Source of the DNA: Thiobacillus sp.
GTDB lineage: Bacteria > Pseudomonadota > Gammaproteobacteria > Burkholderiales > Thiobacillaceae
Direction of reading: 5' to 3'
Assembly: GCA_044227225.1 (NCBI GenBank)
Contig: JBGAFM010000006.1
Span: forward strand, 73,991-137,990
DNA length: 64,000 nt
Shown piece by piece: positions 1-7,900 of this stretch (its first letter is position 1; each line of letters begins with the position of its first letter). A program made the translations under genes and the position numbers. Under the pieces are notes generated by a model that was not told the origin of the DNA, made no database searches, and saw only the letters and a list, made by a program, of their open reading frames with translations.

Positions 1-525
1 GGCGCGGAAGAACGCCATGGCGTAGGCGGTGTTGCCGCTCCACACCGGCGTCTGGTCGCTCTCGATCCAGCGCGGCGTCGTGCCGTGGTCGAGGCGGCCG
101 AGGAAACCGGCGATCTCGTCGTCCAGCCAGACCGGCCGTGCGTGCACCGAGAAATCGATCTCGATGCGGCCGCCCACGCAGTGCGCACCTTCGCGCATGA
201 TCGCATCGTGGGCGGCCCGCAGGAAACCGGGCTCCGGGAGTTCGTCGTCGTCGATGAAGACCAGGATGTCGCGGTCGCGCGCTTCGCTCAGGGCGCGGTT
301 GCGTGCCGGGACGATGCCGGGCGCGGGTTCCGTGACGACGCGCAGCGGTGCGCCGGGCAGGGCCTGCAGGCGCGCGAGTACATCGAGGGTGTCGTCGGGA
401 CTGGCATTGTTGACCGCCAGGATCTCGAAGTCTGTCGGGCAGTCCTGCGCACGCAGGGCGGCAAGCAGCCTGTCGAGGCGGTCGGCGCGTCTGTAGGTGC
501 AGAAGGCGACAGTGAGGGTGGGCAT
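1..525 (-). CDS. glycosyltransferase family 2, 5' part only (C-terminus lies beyond the left window edge)
   Basis: Open-ended, so absent from the ORF track. Reverse translation from ATG 525-523 gives MPTLTVAFCTYRRADRLDRLLAALRAQDCP..ILAVNNASPDDT..LVFIDDDELP, a GT-A/GT2 N-terminal pattern with an acidic DDD motif. The upstream gene stops 4 nt away. Confidence 0.75.
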   Translation of the reverse strand, partial: MPTLTVAFCTYRRADRLDRLLAALRAQDCPTDFEILAVNNASPDDTLDVLARLQALPGAPLRVVTEPAPGIVPARNRALSEARDRDILVFIDDDELPEPGFLRAAHDAIMREGAHCVGGRIEIDFSVHARPVWLDDEIAGFLGRLDHGTTPRWIESDQTPVWSGNTAYAMAFFRA

Positions 526-529
526 GAAG

Positions 530-1498
530 TCATAACGGGTCGCGCGCGCGGCGGCGGGCATCGACCATCCGAATCAGCGAATCGAACAGGGATGCAGGCA
601 AGAAGCTGGCCAGGATGTACTTGGCGTCGCGCGCCTTCCAGTCGGATTTGCGGGCGGCGCGCCGGAACAGCCGGCGTGCCGAGTCGAGATCGCGCCGCCA
701 GTGGCAGCGGTAGGCTTCGGCCAGCAGCGGGCCGTAGAGACTGGCGTCGCGCCCGGCGCGGTCCAGGTGGGCGACCTGTTCCGGGTGGCGACGGACGAAA
801 TCCTCGCGCACCGCGACGGCGTCGAATACCTGACGCCAGCGTGGAATTTGCGACACGCCGCGCGGATAGCGACGGTAGTAGGCGAGCACCTCGGGGACGC
901 GCACGACAACCGGTTCGGCGGCGAGCATGCGCAGCCACAGGTCGTAGTCCATGGCGGTGGGACGCCGCTCCGAGAAGCCGCGCAGCGCATCCAGCAACTG
1001 GCGACGGAGCAGCACGCCATTGATGGGCCAGGGACAGGACTTGAGGAACAGCGCGACGGCATCCGCGGCCGCATAGTTGGGCGGAATGAAAGGCTGGGTG
1101 TTCTGGGCGAGCTCGCCGACGTTCTGCCAGCCGCAGTAGGCGACGTCGGCGTGGGTTTCCTGCATCGCGTCGTGCAGTTGCTTCAAGGCATCGGGGTGCC
1201 AGCTGTCGTCCGCATCGAGGAAGGCGACGAAATTGCCGTGTGCGTGCGAGAGCCCGTGATTGCGCGCCGCGTAAGGGCCGCTGTTGATCTGGTGGAAAAC
1301 GGCGACACGGCCGGGGTGTGCGTTCGCAATGCGTTCGATGATCGCGTCCGAGCCATCGGTCGAGCCGTCGTCGACGACGACCAGTTCGACGCGCGCATAG
1401 CTCTGTCCGAGCACGCTGGCCATCGCTGCCTCCACATAGGGGGCGGCGTTGTAGCACGGCATCACGACCGAAATGAGCGTGGGATCGAAACTATCCAT
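530..1498 (-). CDS. glycosyltransferase family 2
   Basis: ORF 530..1600 trimmed to the internal ATG (MDSFDPTLISVVMPCYNAAPYVEAAMASVLGQSY..VVVDDGSTDGS..FLDADD). This ATG forms an ATGGATAG 8-nt overlap with the stop of the upstream GT2. Confidence 0.85.
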   Translation of the reverse strand: MDSFDPTLISVVMPCYNAAPYVEAAMASVLGQSYARVELVVVDDGSTDGSDAIIERIANAHPGRVAVFHQINSGPYAARNHGLSHAHGNFVAFLDADDSWHPDALKQLHDAMQETHADVAYCGWQNVGELAQNTQPFIPPNYAAADAVALFLKSCPWPINGVLLRRQLLDALRGFSERRPTAMDYDLWLRMLAAEPVVVRVPEVLAYYRRYPRGVSQIPRWRQVFDAVAVREDFVRRHPEQVAHLDRAGRDASLYGPLLAEAYRCHWRRDLDSARRLFRRAARKSDWKARDAKYILASFLPASLFDSLIRMVDARRRARDPL

Positions 1499-2435
1499 CG
1501 GATATCGGGTTGTTCTTGTCTCGCCGGCGCAGCAACGCGCGATGCCAGGATTCCGGAAGCAGCGCAGGCAGCATGTAGGTCCAGTCGCGCAGTGTGCCAT
1601 AACCGTGCCGCATCACGGCACGGAACAGGCGTCGCGCGGTGGCGAGATCGCGTTTCCAGTAGCTGGCGTAGGCCTGCGCCAGCAGGATGCCGAGGGTGAG
1701 CTCGCGCACCCGGTGCCGGCCCAGCCTGGCGCGGAATGCCGGGGTCGCGTCCAGATAGCGTTGCTGCGCGAGCAGGTGCTGCAGCGCGGCGCGCGCCTTG
1801 TTCGCTGAGGCCTGTGCATGGCCGTGGAAGTGATAGTAAGCGAGCACTTCGGGCACGCGCACGATGGGGGCGGGAACGGCGACGCGCAACCAGAGCGCGT
1901 AGTCCTCGGCGTTGCGCAGGCGCGTGTCGAAGCCGCCCGCAGCCTCGACCGCGGCGCGGCGGACCAGCGCGGCATGGATCGGCCAGCGGCAGCCGGCGAA
2001 CAACGTTGCCGCCTTGTCTGCGTTCTCGTAATCCGGCGGCACGAAGGGCTCGCCCTGCCCGCCGGGCAGGCCGAGGTTCTGCCAGCCGCAGTAGGCCAGC
2101 GCGGCTACGGGCGCCGCCGCGAGCGCGGCATGCATGCGGGACAGAAAATCCGGCGACCAGGTGTCGTCGGCGTCGAGGAAGGCGATGCAGTCGCCGCGGG
2201 CGAGGCGCAGGCCGGCGTTGCGCGCGGCGCTGACGCCCTGGTTGGCCTGGCTGTGCACCTGGATGCGCGGATCGGTTTGGGCCTGCAACCAGGCGAGCGT
2301 GCCGTCGCGCGAGCCGTCGTCGACCGCGATCAGTTCCCAGTCGCCGAAGGTCTGCGCCAGCACGCTGCCGACGCTGGCCGGCAGGTGGGCCAGCGCGTCG
2401 TGGCAGGGCATGACGATGGAAACGGCGGGGCGCAT
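1491..2435 (-). CDS. glycosyltransferase family 2 (full-length paralog of 530..1498)
   Basis: VSIVMPCHDALAHLPASVGSVLAQTF..IAVDDGSRDGT..FLDADDTW..YCGWQN..RVPEVLAYY. Collinear similarity to the neighbouring GT2. Confidence 0.85.
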   Translation of the reverse strand: MRPAVSIVMPCHDALAHLPASVGSVLAQTFGDWELIAVDDGSRDGTLAWLQAQTDPRIQVHSQANQGVSAARNAGLRLARGDCIAFLDADDTWSPDFLSRMHAALAAAPVAALAYCGWQNLGLPGGQGEPFVPPDYENADKAATLFAGCRWPIHAALVRRAAVEAAGGFDTRLRNAEDYALWLRVAVPAPIVRVPEVLAYYHFHGHAQASANKARAALQHLLAQQRYLDATPAFRARLGRHRVRELTLGILLAQAYASYWKRDLATARRLFRAVMRHGYGTLRDWTYMLPALLPESWHRALLRRRDKNNPISDG

Positions 2436-2441
2436 GGGCGG

Positions 2442-3239
2442 TCAGGTGCGCCGCAACCGGCGCAGGGCGTAGCGTGCGATGTCCCGCCAGCGCACGTCGT
2501 GGCTGCCGAAGTAGAGCTTGCGCGCGAGGCTGCCAGCGGTGTCGGCGTTGAACACGGTCAGGCGGCGCAGGCGGTAGGGGTCGTTGTCGCGCAACGCCCA
2601 GCCGGTACGCGTGGTACACGCGGCGGCGTAGCCGGCGGCGGCGACGGCCGCGGCACAGCGCGCGTCCCAGGCACCATAGGGGTAGGCGAAGCTGGACACG
2701 GGTGCGCCAAGCAGGTCTTCGAGTGCGGTTCTGGAGTCGACCAGCTCGCGTTGAAGTTGCGCATCGTCCGTTTCAGTCAGGCGTGCGTGGCTGACCGTGT
2801 GGGAGCCGATTTCCATGCCGGCGGCGCGCATGTCGCGCAATTCGGCGGCGTTCAGCATGCGGCCGACAGGTCGCCCGTCGTCCTGCCATGCCGGCGATCG
2901 ACCGACGGAGCCGGAGACGATGAACCAGCTTGCGCGCATGCCGCGCTGTTCGAGTTCTGCGCAGGCAGCCAGGTTGTCGACGTAGCCGTCGTCGAACGTG
3001 ATGACGGCGGTGCGGCCGGGCCAGATTCGGCCGGGCGCGGCCAGTTCGGCCATGGTCGGCGTGGCGTAGCCCGAGGCCGCGAGGAAATCGAGCTGCGCGC
3101 GGAACTGCTGCATCGACACCGCCCACGGCCAGGCCGGGTGGCCGGCGCCGGGCGCGACGGCGTGATACATCAGCATCACCGGACCGTGCTGGCCGGCCTG
3201 GCGGTGGAGGAGGCGGGAAAGGGGGTCGATCCGGCTCAT
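2442..3239 (-). CDS. polysaccharide deacetylase (CE4 / NodB-homology domain)
   Basis: C-terminal 265 codons of ORF 2442..4670: VMLMYHAV..TFDDGYVDN..GSHTVSHARL..FAYPYG. The start ATG forms an ATGA overlap with the flippase stop at 3236. Confidence 0.85.
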   Translation of the reverse strand: MSRIDPLSRLLHRQAGQHGPVMLMYHAVAPGAGHPAWPWAVSMQQFRAQLDFLAASGYATPTMAELAAPGRIWPGRTAVITFDDGYVDNLAACAELEQRGMRASWFIVSGSVGRSPAWQDDGRPVGRMLNAAELRDMRAAGMEIGSHTVSHARLTETDDAQLQRELVDSRTALEDLLGAPVSSFAYPYGAWDARCAAAVAAAGYAAACTTRTGWALRDNDPYRLRRLTVFNADTAGSLARKLYFGSHDVRWRDIARYALRRLRRT

Positions 3240-4705
3240 GCTGCAGGCGAAGGCGATAGTCTGAGTTTGGTTTTCCAGCGGGCGGCCTCCGAGGCGAGCG
3301 CGGGGATCGGCAGATACAGGAAGCACAGGGCATAGACCAGCCCGCCGGCTGCCGCCATGAGTATCACATACAGCGGCCCGTTCGAGCGTAACGCGGACGG
3401 CAGGCCGGCGTCGACCAGCCACAGTGCGGCGACGAGGAGGCCGTTGAGCAGCAGGGCCGGCGCGAAGGCGCGCCCCAGATCGCGCCAGCGGGCGCGCAGG
3501 CATTGCCTGGCCAGCCAGAACATGTGGATGCTCATGTAGAGCAGGGCGAGTGCCATGCCCGTGGCCACGCCCTCCATGCCGTAGGGCAGGCCGAGCACGA
3601 TGCCCGCGCCGGCGACGGCGATCATGACGACCTGCGCGACCAGTTCCCTGTCCAGCCAGTTGCGCGCCGCCAGCACGGCACCGGAAAGGTTTTCCACGAT
3701 CATGAACGGGGCGGCGAGACTGAGGATCACCAGCGGCGCGGCCGAATCGGCCCAGCGCTGGCCGAACAGCAGCACGACCAGCGGTTCGGCCACCCAGACG
3801 AAACCGACGTAGAAGGGCAACGCGTACGCCAGCACCAGGGTCAGGCTGCGGAAGAAGAGGTAGCGCGAGGTATCGAGGTTGTCGTGTTCCTTGGCCAGCG
3901 CGCGGAACAGCACCTCGTAGACCGAGCCGGTGATGAAGCCGTGCGGGCGCGCCGCCAGGCTTTCGGCCTTGTTGTACAGGCCCACGCCGGCCGGCCCGAG
4001 GCTGCGCGACAGGATGAAGGTCGGCAGCTGGTTGCGCACGTAACCCACGATGTTGTTGCTGGAGGCCAGCAAACCGTAGCGCATCAGTTCGCCTGCGCGC
4101 GCGAAATCGAAGCACAGGCCGGGCCGCCAGCGGGCATACCAGGCGAACTGCGCCGCGCCGGCCACCGAACTGAAGATGCTCGCCAGGATCAGGCTCCAGG
4201 GGCCGTAACCCGCCCATGCCAGCGACAGCGCGATGCCGTTGTAGACGAACAGGTTGGTGAGCTGCACTGCGGTCTTGGCCTTGAAGCGCATGTCGCGGTG
4301 CAGCATGTTGCTGGGCACGTTGAAGAAGGGGCGGATCAGGAAGGACAGGGCCGACACGCGCAGCAGGTCGGCGTAGAGCGGGTCGCCATACCAGCGGCCG
4401 AACGCCGGCGAGACCGCGAAGAAGAAACCGACGATGACGAGGCCGATCAGGCTTTGCAGCGTGAACAGCAGATCGAAATCGCGTTTCGTCGCTTCCTTCG
4501 CGCGCACGATGGCCTGTCCCATGCCCCCGCCGGCGACGAAGCCGGCCAGGTTGGTGAAGATCAGGATGGTCGCCACCATGCCGAATTCCGCCGGCATCAG
4601 CAGGCGCGCGAGGATCAGGCCGAGCGCGAAATTGAGGACCTGGCTGCCGGTGTTGCCGATGAACACCCATTTCGCACCATGGCGGATGCTGTCACCGAGA
4701 CTCAT
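3236..4705 (-). CDS. polysaccharide biosynthesis flippase (MOP/Wzx-like, multi-pass membrane protein)
   Basis: ORF 3236..4762 trimmed to ATG 4705 (MSLGDSIRHGAKWVFIGNTGSQVLNFALGLILARLL..). Many hydrophobic helices. The start lies 4 nt after the upstream stop. Confidence 0.8.
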   Translation of the reverse strand: MSLGDSIRHGAKWVFIGNTGSQVLNFALGLILARLLMPAEFGMVATILIFTNLAGFVAGGGMGQAIVRAKEATKRDFDLLFTLQSLIGLVIVGFFFAVSPAFGRWYGDPLYADLLRVSALSFLIRPFFNVPSNMLHRDMRFKAKTAVQLTNLFVYNGIALSLAWAGYGPWSLILASIFSSVAGAAQFAWYARWRPGLCFDFARAGELMRYGLLASSNNIVGYVRNQLPTFILSRSLGPAGVGLYNKAESLAARPHGFITGSVYEVLFRALAKEHDNLDTSRYLFFRSLTLVLAYALPFYVGFVWVAEPLVVLLFGQRWADSAAPLVILSLAAPFMIVENLSGAVLAARNWLDRELVAQVVMIAVAGAGIVLGLPYGMEGVATGMALALLYMSIHMFWLARQCLRARWRDLGRAFAPALLLNGLLVAALWLVDAGLPSALRSNGPLYVILMAAAGGLVYALCFLYLPIPALASEAARWKTKLRLSPSPAA

Positions 4706-4709
4706 GGCG

Positions 4710-5615
4710 CTAGTGGCTCCGGCCCAGCCAGCGTTTTGCGTGCACGCTCGCCGACGCGACACCCGGCAAGCGCTTCAGCTTGCGCAGCAGCACGCTGTCG
4801 AAGCGCGCATTCGGCCTGAAATGCCCGCGTTCGAGCCGGGCGAACTGGCTGTCGTCCGGAACGGCGAAGCGGGCGCGCATGCGCGCGATGGCCGACAGCG
4901 CCTCGCCCAGGTTGTGCTCGATGTAGTCGATCTGCCCGCTCCAGGCGATGTCGTTGCCGAGGTGGAAGGTCAGCGGCAGGTCGTCGACCCGACGGATGCG
5001 GAAACCGCTGGCGGCGTCCAGCGCCATGAACATCAGGTAATCGAAGTGGGCCGCGCCGATGCAGCTCGCGCCCAGGTCCAGTGCAGCCAGCAACGGCCCC
5101 GGAAACACGAAGCAGTCGAAGCCGTAGGCCCGTTCGCCGGGCTCGGCGTACATGGCGGGCAATTGCGCGGGGTCGGTGTAATGCGCCGGGATGTTGCGCC
5201 GGTACACGATGAAGGGCGTGCCTGGGTCGAATCGCTGTTCGATCAACCCGGCGAGCCGGACGTAGAAATCGGGTTGTACGGCGATATCCATGTTGGTGAA
5301 GATCACATGGCTTGCATCCGACCCCGCGGTGCCGGCCTGCAGGATGTCGCCGATCAGGGGCAAGGGGCGGACGGGCCGGAGTGGGCGAACATCCTGCACC
5401 GTACGGTCCAGGTGAGCGGCAAGGCGCGCCGGGGGCAATACGGCCGCTTCGTCGCCCGGCTTCACGACGGCGTTGACCGCGACGTCGAGGCCGTGGGCGT
5501 GGGCGCGCGCGATCGCCTGGCCCAGGCTGGCCCAGGTCACGCGGCTGGCGATGCCGTGTTCGGAGTCGGGCGGGCAGACGAAGGGATTGAGAACGTGGAC
5601 GAAGGAAGGCGGCAT
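4710..5615 (-). CDS. hypothetical protein, possibly GT-A-like
   Basis: 301-aa ORF in frame context with the cluster. VHVLNPF..(beta-1-like), HVIFTNMDIAV (DxD-like), GFDCFVF. I recognise no confident family. Confidence 0.55.
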   Translation of the reverse strand: MPPSFVHVLNPFVCPPDSEHGIASRVTWASLGQAIARAHAHGLDVAVNAVVKPGDEAAVLPPARLAAHLDRTVQDVRPLRPVRPLPLIGDILQAGTAGSDASHVIFTNMDIAVQPDFYVRLAGLIEQRFDPGTPFIVYRRNIPAHYTDPAQLPAMYAEPGERAYGFDCFVFPGPLLAALDLGASCIGAAHFDYLMFMALDAASGFRIRRVDDLPLTFHLGNDIAWSGQIDYIEHNLGEALSAIARMRARFAVPDDSQFARLERGHFRPNARFDSVLLRKLKRLPGVASASVHAKRWLGRSH

Positions 5616-5815
5616 GGGGTTCGGTCAAATTTCGGGCAAGAGTCCAGCAAGCTTCATGCCTGCGGGGTCGCCAGCGCGAAGCGTACTGCAGATCGCGCCG
5701 GACACACAGCCCGTCCGGATCCGGCTTGCCCACCGGGCGACCTGAACGAGGTCAGGGCAATGATGCGGATGGTTCGACAGCCGGAAACTGTCGGCTGCGG
5801 ATCGCCAGGCAGGAT

Positions 5816-6646
5816 TCAGGGCGCGCCGGCTTTCGCGTTGCGTTTGCGCAGACTCGACTGGTCGCGTCCGCGCCGCGATCCGAGGCGAAAGGCTGCAAAC
5901 AGCGCCAGCGGGACGATCAGGAATTTGTGGCTGGCGAGCTGCCTGCGCCAGGCGGACAAGGGGCGACGCGAAAAGACGTGCAGGCGGCCGAGCGGGTAGT
6001 AGTGCATGCCCAGACGCTGGCCCAGGCGGCGCAGGCCGCGCCGGGAGAAGAACGCGATGTGCTGGCCGGTGCCGAACGCGTAATAGCCCCATTGTTCCGG
6101 GCGGGGCGGCTGGCCGTCAGGGAAGACTTCCGTGGAAAACACGAACACATCGGATGCGTGCGTGATCAGGCTGGTGCGGACGAATTCGAGCGGATGGGGC
6201 GTGTGTTCCAGCACCTCGATGGCGCTGACGGCAAGGCAGGGGCCGGACCCGGCGGGATATTCGAACCCGCGGGCAAAGAGATTCGGCGCATAAGGGTCGG
6301 CCCAGAAGTAGTCGAAGCCCAGATCGCGCATCAGGCGGGTGAGCAGGCCGTAGCCACCCGCCACGTCGACGTAGCGGCCCTGCCCGCGGTCGCCCAGTAC
6401 CAGGTAGTGGAACGCGGCCAGCCGCAGTGCCGTGAACACGTTGCGCGCGGCGATGTCCGTGTCCTCGGCAGCAATGGCCTCGGTGTAGGCTTCGTCAAGC
6501 CAGGTCGGCGCGTCGACGTAGACGTGGTCGCATTCCGGGCAGTACAGGGTGGGCGCGCTGTATTGCCCGAGCAGGGTTGCCGAGAAAAGCGGGCGCGTTT
6601 CGTTTCCGCAGAGATGGCAGGCGGTCGGGGCGGTCGGGGCGGTCAT
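5816..6646 (-). CDS. class I SAM-dependent methyltransferase with N-terminal Cys4 zinc-ribbon
   Basis: CHLCGNETRP...CPECDHVY (CxxC..CxxC), then VDVAGGYGLLTRLMRDLGF (SAM-binding motif I-like) and AIEVLEH. Confidence 0.7.
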   Translation of the reverse strand: MTAPTAPTACHLCGNETRPLFSATLLGQYSAPTLYCPECDHVYVDAPTWLDEAYTEAIAAEDTDIAARNVFTALRLAAFHYLVLGDRGQGRYVDVAGGYGLLTRLMRDLGFDYFWADPYAPNLFARGFEYPAGSGPCLAVSAIEVLEHTPHPLEFVRTSLITHASDVFVFSTEVFPDGQPPRPEQWGYYAFGTGQHIAFFSRRGLRRLGQRLGMHYYPLGRLHVFSRRPLSAWRRQLASHKFLIVPLALFAAFRLGSRRGRDQSSLRKRNAKAGAP

Positions 6647-6692
6647 CGTTCAGCGGCGGGCAGGGTTCTGGCCGGAAGGGACAGGGATGACT

Positions 6693-7895
6693 TCAGGGCA
6701 GAGCCAGAAGTTTCTTCGCGACCGGGCGCAGCCGGTCGAGGCCGAGGCGACGCGACAGCTTGAACGCCTGCACCTTGCGCCGGATCGGGCGCGCCAGGTC
6801 AAGGCGGCCCGCGGCTTCGAGCGGGGCGGGCAGCTCCGCGAAATATTCGAGTTCGCCGCGCGTGGGAATGCGCAGGACCTTGAGCATGTCGGCGGTGACG
6901 GCGTTGACCGGGAAGGCCCGCAGGCCTTCCGGCTGTCCGCAGGCCAGGAACTCGACCATCGTGCGGACACATTTGGCGCAGCGCCCGCAATTCAGATAAC
7001 CGGCCGGAATGCCGTCGGCGTTCCAGCATACGCGCAGGGCGCTGAGATGGACGGGGTGTCGGGCCAGCATGCGGATCTTGTCGAGACGGCTGAACTGTTC
7101 CATGTCGCCGGTGACGATCTCGAGGCAGTCCGCCCCGAAGTAGCTGTTCATCCAGGGATGCGAGCCATGCGGGCTCTGGGTGTGTTCGAGGTCGTTGTCC
7201 GGCGCAATGATGCAACGGAACACCCGCGTGCCGGCGGCATGCGCGATGGCCGCAAGCAGGGAGCCGAATTGCCACTCCGCATAAAAATGCCAGTGCTTTT
7301 CCAGATTCCTGAAGTTGACGGAGACCGGCACCAGGACGATCCCCAGTGTCCGGCAGAGCGCGTCGAGCCGTTCGATGCCCAGGGCCCAGACATCCGGGCG
7401 GTCCTTCTTGTTGGGATCGCCCACGTCCAGGCCGTGCGCGAAAAAGGCGACGCGGATCCTGCGCGGATCGTCGGGTGCATGGGTTGCCGCATTCCGGTGC
7501 AATGCCGCAGTCGAATCCACGCCGCCAGAAAGCAGGATGGCCGTGGCGGTCTGGGTCGGCGTTCTCCAGCCGGCAGGCGTCCGGGGGGCCTCGATCTGCG
7601 GGACGGGGCCAGCGGATCGGTGTCCATGGCGGAGGTAGCGCATGGCGAGCCCGAGCCGTTCGCCCAGTTGCGCATCGACCGTGTCGTCGAGCGCAATGCG
7701 CGGCTCGCCGTGCCACAGGGCGGCCATGCTGCTGGCCGCGAGGAAGGCGTGCGGTGAAGGATGGAACCAGCCGGCATGCGCTGCCGGGACCGACATGACC
7801 AGCGTTTCCGTGACGGGACGCGTCTCGTACGCCACGTCGGCCAGCATGCGGTAGGTATCACCTTCCTGGTGCGCACGGATGTTGCGAATGATCAT
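6693..7895 (-). CDS. PP-loop (adenine nucleotide alpha-hydrolase superfamily) protein, function unknown
   Basis: ILLSGGVDSTAAL (SGGxDS PP-loop) about 125 aa from the N-terminus. C-terminal NCGRCAKCVRT Cys cluster. Unrecognised 120-aa N-terminal domain. Confidence 0.65.
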   Translation of the reverse strand: MIIRNIRAHQEGDTYRMLADVAYETRPVTETLVMSVPAAHAGWFHPSPHAFLAASSMAALWHGEPRIALDDTVDAQLGERLGLAMRYLRHGHRSAGPVPQIEAPRTPAGWRTPTQTATAILLSGGVDSTAALHRNAATHAPDDPRRIRVAFFAHGLDVGDPNKKDRPDVWALGIERLDALCRTLGIVLVPVSVNFRNLEKHWHFYAEWQFGSLLAAIAHAAGTRVFRCIIAPDNDLEHTQSPHGSHPWMNSYFGADCLEIVTGDMEQFSRLDKIRMLARHPVHLSALRVCWNADGIPAGYLNCGRCAKCVRTMVEFLACGQPEGLRAFPVNAVTADMLKVLRIPTRGELEYFAELPAPLEAAGRLDLARPIRRKVQAFKLSRRLGLDRLRPVAKKLLALP

Positions 7896-7900
7896 GTCGG

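Noticed and set aside
1818-3335. 505-aa plus-strand ORF antisense to the GT2 and deacetylase genes
   Set aside because: Ala/Gly/Arg/Val-rich with no recognisable motifs. It fully overlaps convincingly coding minus-strand genes. Long antisense ORFs are expected at this GC content.
2442-4670. 742-aa ORF that would be the largest protein in the polysaccharide cluster
   Set aside because: Only its last 265 codons (the CE4 deacetylase, from ATG 3239) look like protein. The upstream 477 codons are Arg/Pro/Gly/Ala-rich low-complexity translation of an alternative frame of the flippase gene (3236-4705), which has a coherent multi-TM sequence. This is a typical high-GC ORF run-on.
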